NCBI GenBank assembly: GCA_051362555.1
Contig: CM120646.1
Coordinates: 16,988,001-17,052,000 of the forward strand
DNA from: Lingula anatina
Lineage: Eukaryota > Animalia > Brachiopoda
Length of the DNA stretch: 64,000 bases
Direction of reading: 5' to 3'
The position numbers and the translations under genes were made by a program. The number at the start of each line of letters is the position of its first letter. Within the stretch, counting starts at the first letter, position 1. Shown in pieces: positions 39,141-51,668 of this stretch. The notes beneath the pieces were generated by a model. That model was not told where the DNA came from and made no database searches. It worked only from the letters and a program-made list of their open reading frames with translations.

Positions 39141-39483
39141 TTTTCACAAAAAGTCTGATTCAATATCAAGAATTGAAGGCTGCGCATCAATTCAAGTCGA
39201 AATTCATCAAGCAACTTTTTAAAAATTAAAATATGTTTAATATCGGCAAATTGTAAGTTGAAAATGAGACACTTTTAATGAAGACCCTTAATTACAGATT
39301 TCTTTGTCTCCTTGGCAGGTTAGTAATACATTGTATTTGGACAAAAGAAGAAAAGAAGAGCGTATTTGTCTTTAAAAATGTGATAAATAAAGATATTTAA
39401 ACTTCTGTATCAAAGTTTTTTAATGGCAGAAGAATATGCAATAAAAACTCAAATGATAGTTTTAACGTTAAAAAGTTACTACT

Positions 39484-41163
39484 TTAGGTACTTTTCATCA
39501 GCTTGCATTGTCCGACGTCAAAGCACTGATAGGTATCCACGTCTCCGCCACCTGTGTGTATCTCCCAGAACTTGATATTGTTTTTGGAAACTGTCCCGAA
39601 CTCAGAATCGGCAACACAAGTCTTGAAATGGTCAAAGTCGAGTTTATACGGTTTTCTTGTTCCACAGAATAATATTTCGCTGCCGGGTGGATCATTGGGC
39701 GTCCAGTCAGAAACATTGGTATTCGGCATGATCGTTTGAAATTCCAAAGTCACATCTACCGAATCATTTTGAATATTACAATCGCTGGGCGAAATTCGGG
39801 TCTCTATTTTGTAGTCGTAGAATATTGCCGACTTTCTTGAGATGTACAATAGGTGAAAAACGACGTCACATGTTTTCAAAGTGTTGTTCCGAATTGAAGA
39901 CAATTTTCCAGACTGCGTTGCATCCGACGTTTGGCTTTCGGTTGATAAAGTGAGGCTATCGGTGCTGAATGGAGCGGCGGTAGTTGTGGGGGCGTGTCCC
40001 GTTGTCGTGTCCAGTATGAACGAATGAGTTGAATTGAACGGATATTCCAAGCTTGTTGATATGTTATTGACAGGGGTCATTTCTGTGTTTGTCCCTTGGT
40101 TAAAATTTGTAGTTCTCTCCGTCCACTGGTCCGAAGAATGGTTGGTCGGGGTTGTCTCTATGAACGCCCTTGCTTGAGCAGTCGATGTGTTTGCCGTGTT
40201 GCCATGGACACCAAATATGTTGCATGGGAGTCTTATGTCCATACCACCTGATCCAGCTTCAAAAACTACATTGGCGTACGTCAAAATGGCGACTCGTTCC
40301 AACTTACTCGATTTATTCACTTTCATATAAGCTGAGTGTGAAAAGTTGATGTTGGCCCTCGCAGCTATTGCAATATCAGCGCCTCTGTCTATGGATGCCA
40401 GGTTAAACATAGTTTCGGAATCAATCCAACCTGCTGGATCCGTCCATTTGTCGAACTCGAAGCTGGCATCTTTCAGGTTGGTTTTATCCAGGTGTACATC
40501 CACATGCCCTAATATCTCGTGGATGAAAGCGCGCTCATTGTTTAACATCGCCAATATGGCTGCAAAATCCATAAGAAATGCTGCCATAGATATTGCAGTT
40601 ATTAAAATGGACAACAAAGTCCGAAAAAAGACATGCCAACAGTTGCAACTACGCACTGCTTTGCAGACCTTAAACCAAGACGAACCTGCTCTGAACACCG
40701 TTGATGCTAAACTTGCAGCTCTTGACACGAAAGCTGCAGTTGATGTAACTTTTGTCCGTACTAAACATGATCCAGTCGAGAACATTCTTATCGTCAAATA
40801 TGCTAAAGGAAGGTCTTCAAAGGCCTCCGCAAAAAGAGCTATTACCAGTTCAATTAAACACTCTTGTTTCAGATCTTTTTTACCCCTCCTGCAAAATTTC
40901 CTTATTGCAAAACAGAAGTATATAGTATAAATGGCCTGTGCGACAAATACTAAAGTTCCGGCGATACAAAAAACAAAATAATAATCGTTCAAGTAAGGCG
41001 TCAGTCCTGCGTCATCTGCTTCTTGGTACTGAAAGTCGTATTCTTTAACTTCTCGGTATGCCAACCAGTCAGTGGCGATATCAAAAGTTGCTAATGCAAA
41101 ATTAGCTGCAACATATAGAAAACAAAGAGTGGATTTGCTCTTCCTTGTAAAGCACTTCATCAT
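39484..41163 (-). CDS. Uncharacterised multipass membrane protein, paralogue 2 (559 aa)
   Basis: Intact single-exon ORF with the same architecture as paralogue 1 and high similarity to paralogue 3. Upstream region is truncated (see findings). Confidence 0.85.
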   Translation of the reverse strand: MMKCFTRKSKSTLCFLYVAANFALATFDIATDWLAYREVKEYDFQYQEADDAGLTPYLNDYYFVFCIAGTLVFVAQAIYTIYFCFAIRKFCRRGKKDLKQECLIELVIALFAEAFEDLPLAYLTIRMFSTGSCLVRTKVTSTAAFVSRAASLASTVFRAGSSWFKVCKAVRSCNCWHVFFRTLLSILITAISMAAFLMDFAAILAMLNNERAFIHEILGHVDVHLDKTNLKDASFEFDKWTDPAGWIDSETMFNLASIDRGADIAIAARANINFSHSAYMKVNKSSKLERVAILTYANVVFEAGSGGMDIRLPCNIFGVHGNTANTSTAQARAFIETTPTNHSSDQWTERTTNFNQGTNTEMTPVNNISTSLEYPFNSTHSFILDTTTGHAPTTTAAPFSTDSLTLSTESQTSDATQSGKLSSIRNNTLKTCDVVFHLLYISRKSAIFYDYKIETRISPSDCNIQNDSVDVTLEFQTIMPNTNVSDWTPNDPPGSEILFCGTRKPYKLDFDHFKTCVADSEFGTVSKNNIKFWEIHTGGGDVDTYQCFDVGQCKLMKST

Positions 41164-42455
41164 TAGTTCATACCCACTCTTGTTTATAACCGTCTGAGAT
41201 GTTATAGTCTAAACAGCTGTAATTGGTGTACATTATTGGAGTTTACTCTTTTAGGACTTGTCTAGGGACAATGTTTTAGATTTTACTTTTGCTTTGTATC
41301 ATCCTAGATGATTTCTAATCAGTATTCCATCCGCGTACCCCTTGAATAGTGGTTTGAAAAGCTTATTATGGCTGAATGAGCATAATTTAAATGCTACCAG
41401 TTTTTAGGTTAAGCCTTTCTTGCGTTACAAAAGCAGCTGTCTGCTGACACAATGTCAAACTATTCGGTGTAGCTATGAATACAGGGGGATACGCGCTCTG
41501 GTGCGTTTATAGAATTTTATCGAAAATGTTTGAGACAATATATCACCAAACTGTTCTTGTTTATAACCGTCTGAGATGTTATAGTCTAAACAGCTGTAAT
41601 TGGTGTACATTATTGGAGTTTACTCTTTTAGGACTTGTCTAGGGACAATGTTTTAGATTTTACTTTTGCTTTGTATCATCCTAGATGATTTCTAATCAGT
41701 ATTCCATCCGTGTACCCCTTGAATAGTGGTTTGAAAAGCTTATTATGGCTGAATGAGCATAATAAAAATGCTACTGGACGTACTCATGCAGTAAGCTAGC
41801 TGGTGCTCTATATCTTGTAAAAATATATATTGCATTAATCTCACTGGTAGCCTTTCCGACGGCAGAGAACCAATACTGCACTTTCACTTTCAAACAAGCA
41901 CTCCATTAGTATTGTTGACTCAGTCTCACTCAATCCTTACTAGTAATCTTTCATTGACGCGATCGTTAACAATACTAGAGGATAAGCTCAAATTACGCTT
42001 TTTCATTGTACCTGCCGGTGTGGCCCATCATACAAACTGTGGTAGCTAGGCAATGTTTTGCTTGCGAAATCAGGGCAACAAAACCGTCAAATGTACAGAC
42101 GAAAAGCAGAAAATAAAGATGCACAAAAAGGTTGTCAATTTGATGCAACAGGACACCTTGCATATACGCCACAATACCGCAATGGCGCGACGTTATTGCA
42201 AGACTCCCGGGGATAACATTGCCTAGTTTGTTAAGATAGACACCCAAACCCAATATAGAGGTGCATTTCACATGCTGTAGTGTCAAAAAATAAAAATGAA
42301 TGAACTCAAAATTGTATTCAATATTTCAAAACATATATGTGCGTGGTTATGAAGTTTCAGTTATATCCTGCGCATTTCGCCCCTGAAGCACGTGAGGTCT
42401 AAATGGAAATATGATCTGACCTGTTTTTTGGTTAAGCCTTTCTTGCTTTACAAAA

Positions 42456-42821
42456 AAATAATACATTTATTTTAAGTCTAAACTCCATATGAATATGTTC
42501 GTTAGACTTTACAAATATGTACATACATATAACAAGTATACAACTGGTCAAAACACGCTGTGTACACAATCTCGCCTCCCTGGGGAGGATACGTACAGCC
42601 CCGCTGCCGTGTGAGGCGCTGAGTGCTATCAAACTTACAATATCGTTCTCTGCCTGACCAGGACCCTGCTTCAACCCCAAAGTGCTGAGTGCCAAGCGGG
42701 GAGACAGCAGGTACCGTTTATAAAGGACTGGTATGTCCCCGGACGGATTTTGAACCCGCGTTCTCCCGCTCCGGAAGCGGACACTCTAACCACAAGGCCA
42801 TCCGGTCTAACCACAAGGCCA
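42456..42821 (-). mobile_element. tRNA-derived SINE (Meta-domain-like) inside an array monomer
   Basis: Minus-strand head TGGCCTTGTGGTTAGAGTG (A box)...GGTTCAAAATCC (B box), then ggtacctgctgtctccccgcttggcactcagcac and an AT-rich tail. Absent from the other monomers. Confidence 0.8.
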
Positions 42822-45256
42822 TGTCTGCTGACACAATGTCAAACTATTTGGTGTAGCAATGAATACAGGGGGCTTCGCGCTCTGGTGCGTTTATAGAATT
42901 TTATCGAAAATGTTTGAGACAATATATCACCAAACTGATCTTGTTTATAACCGTCTGAGATGTTATAGTCTAAACAGCCGTAATTGGTGTACATTATTGG
43001 AGTTTACACTTTTAGGACTTGTCTTGGGACAATGTTTTAGATTCTACTTTTGCTTTGTATCATCCTAGATGATTTCTAATCAGTATTCCATCCGTGTACC
43101 CCTTGAATAGTGGTTTGAAAAGCTTATTATGGCTGAATGAGCATAATTTAAATGCTACTGGACGTACTTATGCAGTTAGCTAGCTGGTGCTATATATCTT
43201 GTAAAAATATATATTGCATTAATCTCACTGGTAGCCTTTCCGACGGCAGAGAACCAATACTGCACTTTCACTTTCAAAAAAGCACTCCATTAGTATTGTT
43301 GACTCAGTCCCACTCAATCCTTACTAGTAATCTTTCATTGACGCGATCATTAACAATACTAGAGAATAAGCTCAAATTACGCTTTTTCATTGAACCTGCC
43401 GGTTTGGCACATCATACAAACGGTGGTAGCTAGGCACTAATTTGCTTGCGTTGTGTGCAAAATCAGGGCAACAAAACTGTCAAATGTACAGACGAAAAGC
43501 AGAAAATAAAAATGCACAAAAAGGTTGTCAATTTGATGCAACAGGACACCTTGCATGTACGCCACATTACCGCGAATGTCACGACGTTATTGCCAGACGT
43601 ACCCACTTCCGGGGATAACATTGCCTAGTTTGTTAAGATAGACAACCAAACCCAATATAGAGGTGCATTTCACATGCTGAAGTGTCAAAAAATAAAAATG
43701 AATGAACTCAAAATTGTATTCAATATTTCAAAACATATATGTGCGTGGTTATGAAGTTTCAGTTATATCCTGTGCATTTCGCCCCTGAAGCACGTGAGGT
43801 CTAAATGGAAATATGATCCGACCTGTATTTGGTTAAGCCTTTCTTGCTTTACAAAAGCAGCTGTCTGCTGACACAATGTCAAACTATTCGGTGTAGCAAT
43901 GAATACAGGGGGCTTCGCGCTCTGGTGCGTTTATAAAATTTTATTGAAAATGTTCGAGACAAAATATCACCAACCTGTTATTGTTTATAACCGTCTGAGA
44001 TGTTATAGTCTAAACAGCTGTAATTGGTGTACATTATTGGAGTTTACTCTTTTAGGACTTGTCTTGGGACAATGTTTTAGATTCTACTTTTGCCTTGTAT
44101 CATCCTAGTTGATTTCTAATCAGTATTCCATCCGCGTACCCCTTGAATAGTGGTTTGAAAAGCTTATTATGGCTGAATGAGCATAATTTAAATGCTTCCA
44201 GTTTTTAGGTTAAGCCTTTCTTGCTTTACAAAAGCAGCTGTCTGCTGACACAATGTCAAACTATTCGGTGTAGCTATGAATACAGGGGGATTCGCGCTCT
44301 GGTGCGTTTATAACATTTCATTGAAAATGTTTAAGACAATATATCACCAAACTGTTCTTGTTTATAACCGTCTGAGATGTTATAGTCTAAACAGCTGTAA
44401 TTGGTGTACATTATTGGAGTTTACTCTTTTAGGACTTGTCTAGGGCCAATGTTTTAGGTTTTACTTTTGCTTTGTATCATCCTAGATGATTTCTAATCAG
44501 TATTCCATCCGTGTACCCCTTGAATAGTGGTTTGAAAAGCTTATTATGGCTGAATGAGCATAATAAAAATGCTACTGGACGTACTCATGCAGTAAGCTAG
44601 CTGGTGCTCTATATCTTGTAAAAATATATATTGCATTAATCTCACTGGTAGCCTTTCCGACGGCAGAGAACCAATACTGCACTTTCACTTTCAAACAAGC
44701 ACTCCATTAGTATTGTTGACTCAGTCTCACTCAATCCTTACTAGTAATCTTTCATTGACGCGATCGTTAACAATACTAGAGGATAAGCTCAAATTACGCT
44801 TTTTCATTGTACCTGCCGGTGTGGCCCATCATACAAACTGTGGTAGCTAGGCAATGTTTTGCTTGCGAAATCAGGGCAACAAAACCGTCAAATGTACAGA
44901 CGAAAAGCAGAAAATAAAGATGCACAAAAAGGTTGTCAATTTGATGCAACAGGACACCTTGCATATACGCCACAATACCGCAATGGCGCGACGTTATTGC
45001 AAGACTCCCGGGGATAACATTGCCTAGTTTGTTAAGATAGACACCCAAACCCAATATAGAGGTGCATTTCACATGCTGTAGTGTCAAAAAATAAAAATGA
45101 ATGAACTCAAAATTGTATTCAATATTTCAAAACATATATGTGCGTGGTTATGAAGTTTCAGTTATATCCTGCGCATTTCGCCCCTGAAGCACGTGAGGTC
45201 TAAATGGAAATATGATCTGACCTGTTTTTTGGTTAAGCCTTTCTTGCTTTACAAAA

Positions 45257-45622
45257 AAATAATACATTTATTTTAAGTCTAAACTCCATATGAATATGTT
45301 CGTTAGACTTTACAAATATGTACATACATATAACAAGTATACAACTGGTCAAAACACGCTGTGTACACAATCTCGCCTCCCTGGGGAGGATACGTACAGC
45401 CCCGCTGCCGTGTGAGGCGCTGAGTGCTATCAAACTTACAATATCGTTCTCTGCCTGACCAGGACCCTGCTTCAACCCCAAAGTGCTGAGTGCCAAGCGG
45501 GGAGACAGCAGGTACCGTTTATAAAGGACTGGTATGTCCCCGGACGGATTTTGAACCCGCGTTCTCCCGCTCCGGAAGCGGACACTCTAACCACAAGGCC
45601 ATCCGGTCTAACCACAAGGCCA
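45257..45622 (-). mobile_element. Second copy of the same SINE insertion, duplicated with the 2801-bp unit
   Basis: Identical sequence and junctions at +2801. Confidence 0.8.
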
Positions 45623-48235
45623 TGTCTGCTGACACAATGTCAAACTATTTGGTGTAGCAATGAATACAGGGGGCTTCGCGCTCTGGTGCGTTTATAGAAT
45701 TTTATCGAAAATGTTTGAGACAATATATCACCAAACTGATCTTGTTTATAACCGTCTGAGATGTTATAGTCTAAACAGCCGTAATTGGTGTACATTATTG
45801 GAGTTTACACTTTTAGGACTTGTCTTGGGACAATGTTTTAGATTCTACTTTTGCTTTGTATCATCCTAGATGATTTCTAATCAGTATTCCATCCGTGTAC
45901 CCCTTGAATAGTGGTTTGAAAAGCTTATTATGGCTGAATGAGCATAATTTAAATGCTACTGGACGTACTTATGCAGTTAGCTAGCTGGTGCTATATATCT
46001 TGTAAAAATATATATTGCATTAATCTCACTGGTAGCCTTTCCGACGGCAGAGAACCAATACTGCACTTTCACTTTCAAAAAAGCACTCCATTAGTATTGT
46101 TGACTCAGTCCCACTCAATCCTTACTAGTAATCTTTCATTGACGCGATCATTAACAATACTAGAGAATAAGCTCAAATTACGCTTTTTCATTGAACCTGC
46201 CGGTTTGGCACATCATACAAACGGTGGTAGCTAGGCACTAATTTGCTTGCGTTGTGTGCAAAATCAGGGCAACAAAACTGTCAAATGTACAGACGAAAAG
46301 CAGAAAATAAAAATGCACAAAAAGGTTGTCAATTTGATGCAACAGGACACCTTGCATGTACGCCACATTACCGCGAATGTCGCGACGTTATTGCCAGACG
46401 TACCCACTTCCGGGGATAACATTGCCTAGTTTGTTAAGATAGACAACCAAACCCAATATAGAGGTGCATTTCACATGCTGAAGTGTCAAAAAATAAAAAT
46501 GAATGAACTCAAAATTGTATTCAATATTTCAAAACATATATGTGCGTGGTTATGAAGTTTCAGTTATATCCTGTGCATTTCGCCCCTGAAGCACGTGAGG
46601 TCTAAATGGAAATATGATCCGACCTGTATTTGGTTAAGCCTTTCTTGCTTTACAAAAGCAGCTGTCTGCTGACACAATGTCAAACTATTCGGTGTAGCAA
46701 TGAATACAGGGGGCTTCGCGCTCTGGTGCGTTTATAAAATTTTATTGAAAATGTTCGAGACAAAATATCACCAACCTGTTATTGTTTATAACCGTCTGAG
46801 ATGTTATAGTCTAAACAGCTGTAATTGGTGTACATTATTGGAGTTTACTCTTTTAGGACTTGTCTTGGGACAATGTTTTAGATTCTACTTTTGCCTTGTA
46901 TCATCCTAGTTGATTTCTAATCAGTATTCCATCCGCGTACCCCTTGAATAGTGGTTTGAAAAGCTTATTATGGCTGAATGAGCATAATTTAAATGCTTCC
47001 AGTTTTTAGGTTAAGCCTTTCTTGCTTTACAAAAGCAGCTGTCTGCTGACACAATGTCAAACTATTCGGTGTAGCTATGAATACAGGGGGATTCGCGCTC
47101 TGGTGCGTTTATAACATTTCATTGAAAATGTTTAAGACAATATATCACCAAACTGTTCTTGTTTATAACCGTCTGAGATGTTATAGTCTAAACAGCTGTA
47201 ATTGGTGTACATTATTGGAGTTTACTCTTTTAGGACTTGTCTAGGGCCAATGTTTTAGGTTTTACTTTTGCTTTGTATCATCCTAGATGATTTCTAATCA
47301 GTATTCCGTCCGGGTACTCCTTGTATAGTGGTTTGAAAAGCTTATTATGGCTGAATGAGCATAATAAAAATGCTACTGGACATACTCATGCAGTAAGCTA
47401 GCTGGTGCTATATATCTTGTAAAAATATATATTGCATTAATCTCACTGGTAGCCTTTCCGACGGCAGAGAACCAATGCTGCACTTTCACTTTCACACAAG
47501 CACTCCATTAGTCTTGTTGACTCAGTCTCACTCAATCCTTACTAGTAATCTTTCACTGACGCGATCGTTAACAATACTAGAGGATAAGCTCAAATTACGC
47601 CTTTTCATTGTACCTGCCGGTTTGGCACATCATACAAACGGTGGTAGCTAGGCACTAATTTGCTTGCGTTGTGTGCAAAATCAGGGCAACAAAACCGTCA
47701 AATGTACAGACAAAAAGCAGAAAATAAAAATGCACAAAAAGGTTGTCAATTTGATGCAACAGGACACCTCGCATGTGCTCCACAATACCGCGAATGTCGC
47801 GACGTTATTGCGAGACGTACCCACTTCCGGGGGACAACAATGCCTAGTTTGTTAAGATAGACACCCAAACCCAATATAGAGGTGCATTTCACATGCTGAA
47901 GTGTCAAAAAATAAAAATGAATGAATTCAAAATTGTATTCAATATTTCAAAACATATATGTGTATAGAACAAAAATCCAAGACTGTCTCAACTGAAATTA
48001 AATTTTTAATGTTTACCATGTCTAACATTACGCAAAGAACCCTATATGGTAACATATGTTCCAAAAACATATGAGTCGTTCAGGTTTCTACTTTGAAGGA
48101 CCGAATTAACTAACAGAGTCAAGGTTTGTTCCAGCGCCCAAACGTTGCTCAATATCTTATAGCCACAATTTGTTTGGTGTATTCCACTATTAAATTAATG
48201 AAAAATAAAAATAAATAATACAAAGGCGGTATACG

Positions 48236-48406
48236 TCTATTATACCTTGTAAGTAACATGAAATTAAACAGCAACAGAAGCCCAGAAACCAGGTAAAATA
48301 ATGGTAATACCTACAACGAACTGAAGACGCCATTATTTGGGCAGAATAACGAACGGGAGGATAAATCTATATAGATGCACATTCACTATCTCGTTATAGA
48401 GAGAGA

Positions 48407-48444
<38 letters not shown>

Positions 48445-48881
48445 ATGAATCAATTCAAAATCTGATTATGGCTGAATGAGCATAATTAAAATGCTGCTGT
48501 AAGTAACCATGCAATTAGCTAGCTGGCGTTCTGTATCTTAAAAAATTTTTAAAAATTGCATTGGATTTCACTGATAGCCTTTGCGACGGCTGAGAACCAA
48601 CACTGCACTTTCACTTTCAAACAAGCACACCACTAGTCTTGTTTACTCAATCCTTGCTGTTAACAATACTGGCGGCTAAGATTAACTTATGCTTTTTCAT
48701 TGTACCTGCCAGTTTGGCACATCATACAAACGGCGGTAACTAGGCAATGGTTCTTTTGCGTTGTGTTCACTAAAAAAGAGTCAACAAAGCCGTCAAATGT
48801 ACAGACCAAAAGCAGAAATCAAAGATGCACAAAAAGGTAATTTTGTCAATTTTGATGCAATAAGCCCCCTTTGTCTCGTAC
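48236..48881 (+). repeat. ~650-bp duplicated block, copy B
   Basis: Near-identical to 34853-35501. Confidence 0.9.
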
Positions 48882-50307
48882 CGCGAAGGTCGCGACGTTA
48901 TTGAATTGTTCGTTATTGAAAAGTTCGTTGTCAATATCAATATCTCTTCAGTTTAGAATTTTAATGGTTAAAACTATACAGAAAACAAACTACAGAGGAA
49001 AAGAAAATACGTTGAAGATAGTTGTTAATTTATGAAGTTTAGCTATGAAAAAGAGGTGCAACACGAAGAGGCGGTCGTTCAGGCTTCTATGAAAGAACGT
49101 CAGAGTCAAGCTTTTTTTGACTATCCAAACGTTGTGCAATATCTTACATGCTCCCGGAAGTGATGGAATCTTTAAAAATTTTGGGTAAATGGGCCAATCA
49201 AGCTGATTTTAAATCTACCTGCATTTTACTTATATTCATCAGTTCTAGACAAAACGTCAAACTGAGAGTGCACGCGACGGAGGCGACAGCGAAGACGGAC
49301 GTGATAGTTATACATGTACATATTAACAGATAGCATGGTTTACGTTTCAGAAGCACATTGTCTATAGTTTCTTTTCCATTTTACGGTTGGTATTAGCACG
49401 TGCCCCTTCCTTAATTTTCGTGGTGCCCCATTCTCAACCTTCTCCCTTTCAAATGGAAGGTATTATAAACGTGTATCTGTAATGAACACATCCTAATGCT
49501 TAGTGTGTGTAAATTTGATGGCATTTTGGTAGACATTTTTTTGCCTTTGAGGAAATCACAGTAAAGCATTGGATTTGAAGGGTAACATGCTATGAAATTG
49601 AATAAATGGAATAATACCGATGTTGTCGCCACTATTTTGTATTTTCTGAACCATTAATCATGCTATATATGGTATCTGGAATAAAAACACTGCTTATAAA
49701 AATTTATACCTGTGAGTTCATCATTTGCAAAAATAGGTGGTGGGGCAGCCTTTTTTTTTTTTTTTTTTTTACTAATGTTGTATATGTTAAAATTATAATA
49801 GACCCATAATATATATTTAAACACGGCGTATCATATAACAAATGTCTCGTATTTGTGTAGTCTATAGTTTTTATATATCTGGGTACGGTTTTTCGCGTAA
49901 CAACTAATTTTGTAATCTCTTAGCAATTTAATTTTACATTTTTTCCTTATATGGAATTTTGTTTACCCTTGTTGCGACATCAGCAATTAAATTTTTTTGA
50001 GAAATTATAAAATGGCATATTCATACATATACATGTATATGTAGTAAGAACTCTAAGATAAAAAGCACGGTGTCGGCGACGCTGACGGAGACAACAGACG
50101 TAGATAGATGATGGTTTTACGTGTCTGTCCGACGCTTTACGTGTTACAAAATATATCTTCTAATTGGAATAATGTTATATGCACTTTTAGTTGTTTTGTT
50201 TCGTTGAGTAGCAAGTAGCAATGTTTTCGTCGTAGTAAAACCTGTATAACGGTTGTTGTATCTAATTGACTTGGAGTTCTGTGATTAATCGGTCAAAGTA
50301 GACTTAG

Positions 50308-50450
50308 ACTGCACTCCCTCCCTGGGGAGTCTCACTAGATTGGTGTCAACTTAACCGGCTTAAATGTCTGTCCCGCCTACTTAAAGCTGTAAGGGGGTAA
50401 TTAGCGTGAACCCCCAGGATGGATAGATCTAAATATGTGGGAATGCAGAC
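50308..50450. mobile_element. MITE, same family as 20025-20239
   Basis: Termini gactgcactccc / gggaatgcagac and shared internal sequence. Confidence 0.65.
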
Positions 50451-51137
50451 TAAAACAGGTCCCATTGTGTCTTTGTAGCTCTGAATTCGTAGGCCTACTA
50501 TACACTAGAACAACTACTGGTAAGCGCTTCGAAGTATCAGACGCGAAACCGTTCTTGCCTATAGTACGCGATGTGATTGTGATGATTCCGACGGGATTGG
50601 AAAGTAGCGCATTTCATTTCAAAATTTGTTCCTGGGGTATGATACTGTGAATTGCGTACTGACGTACACCTTGAAAACAGATAGTGTGCTCCGATCTACC
50701 GGTGAATTTGGGATCATTCGGTGCCGAGTCTGGTAGTTGGATAGCCCTACCTGACATGACTCTTACTTTGACCGTTATGTTTCAATTCATTGTCTGGATT
50801 TCGACAGCGTACCCCGAGAAGAGGAACTATGACATGGCGAATACACTGACATCTGTAACCATAATGGAACCGTAATAAAATGTGTGTGGGGGGGGGGGGT
50901 GTCTAGTACAGGTCACACTCTGATAATCGGACGTTAGGCCCATTATACATTGAATATAGTCTGAGAGAAGATGGGGAAAATCACAATGTGAAAAAATATA
51001 TACTACATCAGGTATTCACCAACCAAATTTTAACGTTGTTCAGGCCCCTTAATTCAGTATATCAAAACGTCTAAAGAACATCTTGGTTTCGGTCTTGACA
51101 TAACAACAAAGAAAAAGTTTTTTTTAAAAAGGCTTTA

Positions 51138-51668
51138 TGTTATAGTGAGAAATGACGACAGCAGTTTGGAGCTTTCGAACGTTTATTCACCGACTCTTGC
51201 TTCTTACAACTTCACAAATATTTATACCCAATTTCTCCGTACTGATCACGCATTTACTTGTTTTCTTTTCCATTGTCTTTGCGTGATTACAAAATATTTT
51301 TTCATTCTCATGTTGCAAGTCACTATGCAACATTTCCTTATTAGGTAATCCATAAGGGACTTGTTTTCAATTAAAGATATCTAAAATATTATTTGGATTA
51401 CTCATATTTGGACCATATCCAAAACTCAGTTATCATGTGATAAATAGATGATCAAAATTATTATATGTTATGAAATTAACCAATCACATTAACTGTTACT
51501 GACTTTGACCTTTTCCATCTTTTCCTAACACTAAAAACATGTTATACACTTGTTGACTCTTGGAGAAACTTAACTTACACTCAATAACTATCTGTCCTTT
51601 TACTCTTTTGATTCTGCTTTAATTGTTATCTGTAATTAGTGAAAGTGTAAGTAATTTGCTTTACAACA
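51138..51668 (-). repeat. Gypsy 3' LTR
   Basis: Direct repeat of 59794-60324, with the PPT adjacent. Confidence 0.93.

Larger units (their letters stand above)
41179..47962. repeat. Complex tandem array: 377-bp and ~1023-1040-bp monomers forming a 2801-bp higher-order repeat (~2.4 copies)
   Basis: Marker ttaagcctttcttgc recurs at 41409, 42432, 43833, 44210, 45233, 46634, 47011 (spacings 1023, 1401, 377, 1023, 1401, 377). ORF-track duplicates are offset by exactly 2801. Confidence 0.95.

Noticed and set aside
42730-42821. tRNA gene
   Set aside because: It is a degenerate SINE head with no intact cloverleaf.
42859-43068. 69-aa ORF MNTGGFALW... and other 60-97-aa ORFs repeated in the array
   Set aside because: Recurrence reflects DNA duplication. 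Other monomers have an earlier TAG, and there is no recognisable domain.
43065-43160. C/D snoRNA or hammerhead ribozyme in the array monomer (GATGATT...CTGA; CTGAATGAGCAT-loop-ATGCT)
   Set aside because: Box C is non-canonical with no terminal stem. The hammerhead core is CTGAATG rather than CUGANGA, and no GAAA follows the stem. An Infernal/Rfam scan would settle it.
41179-47962. CRISPR-like array
   Set aside because: Long near-identical monomers without unique spacers, a eukaryotic context and no cas genes.
51145-51348. ORFs within the LTRs (also 59639-60004)
   Set aside because: Antisense to the element, GTG/TTG starts, no coding signature.
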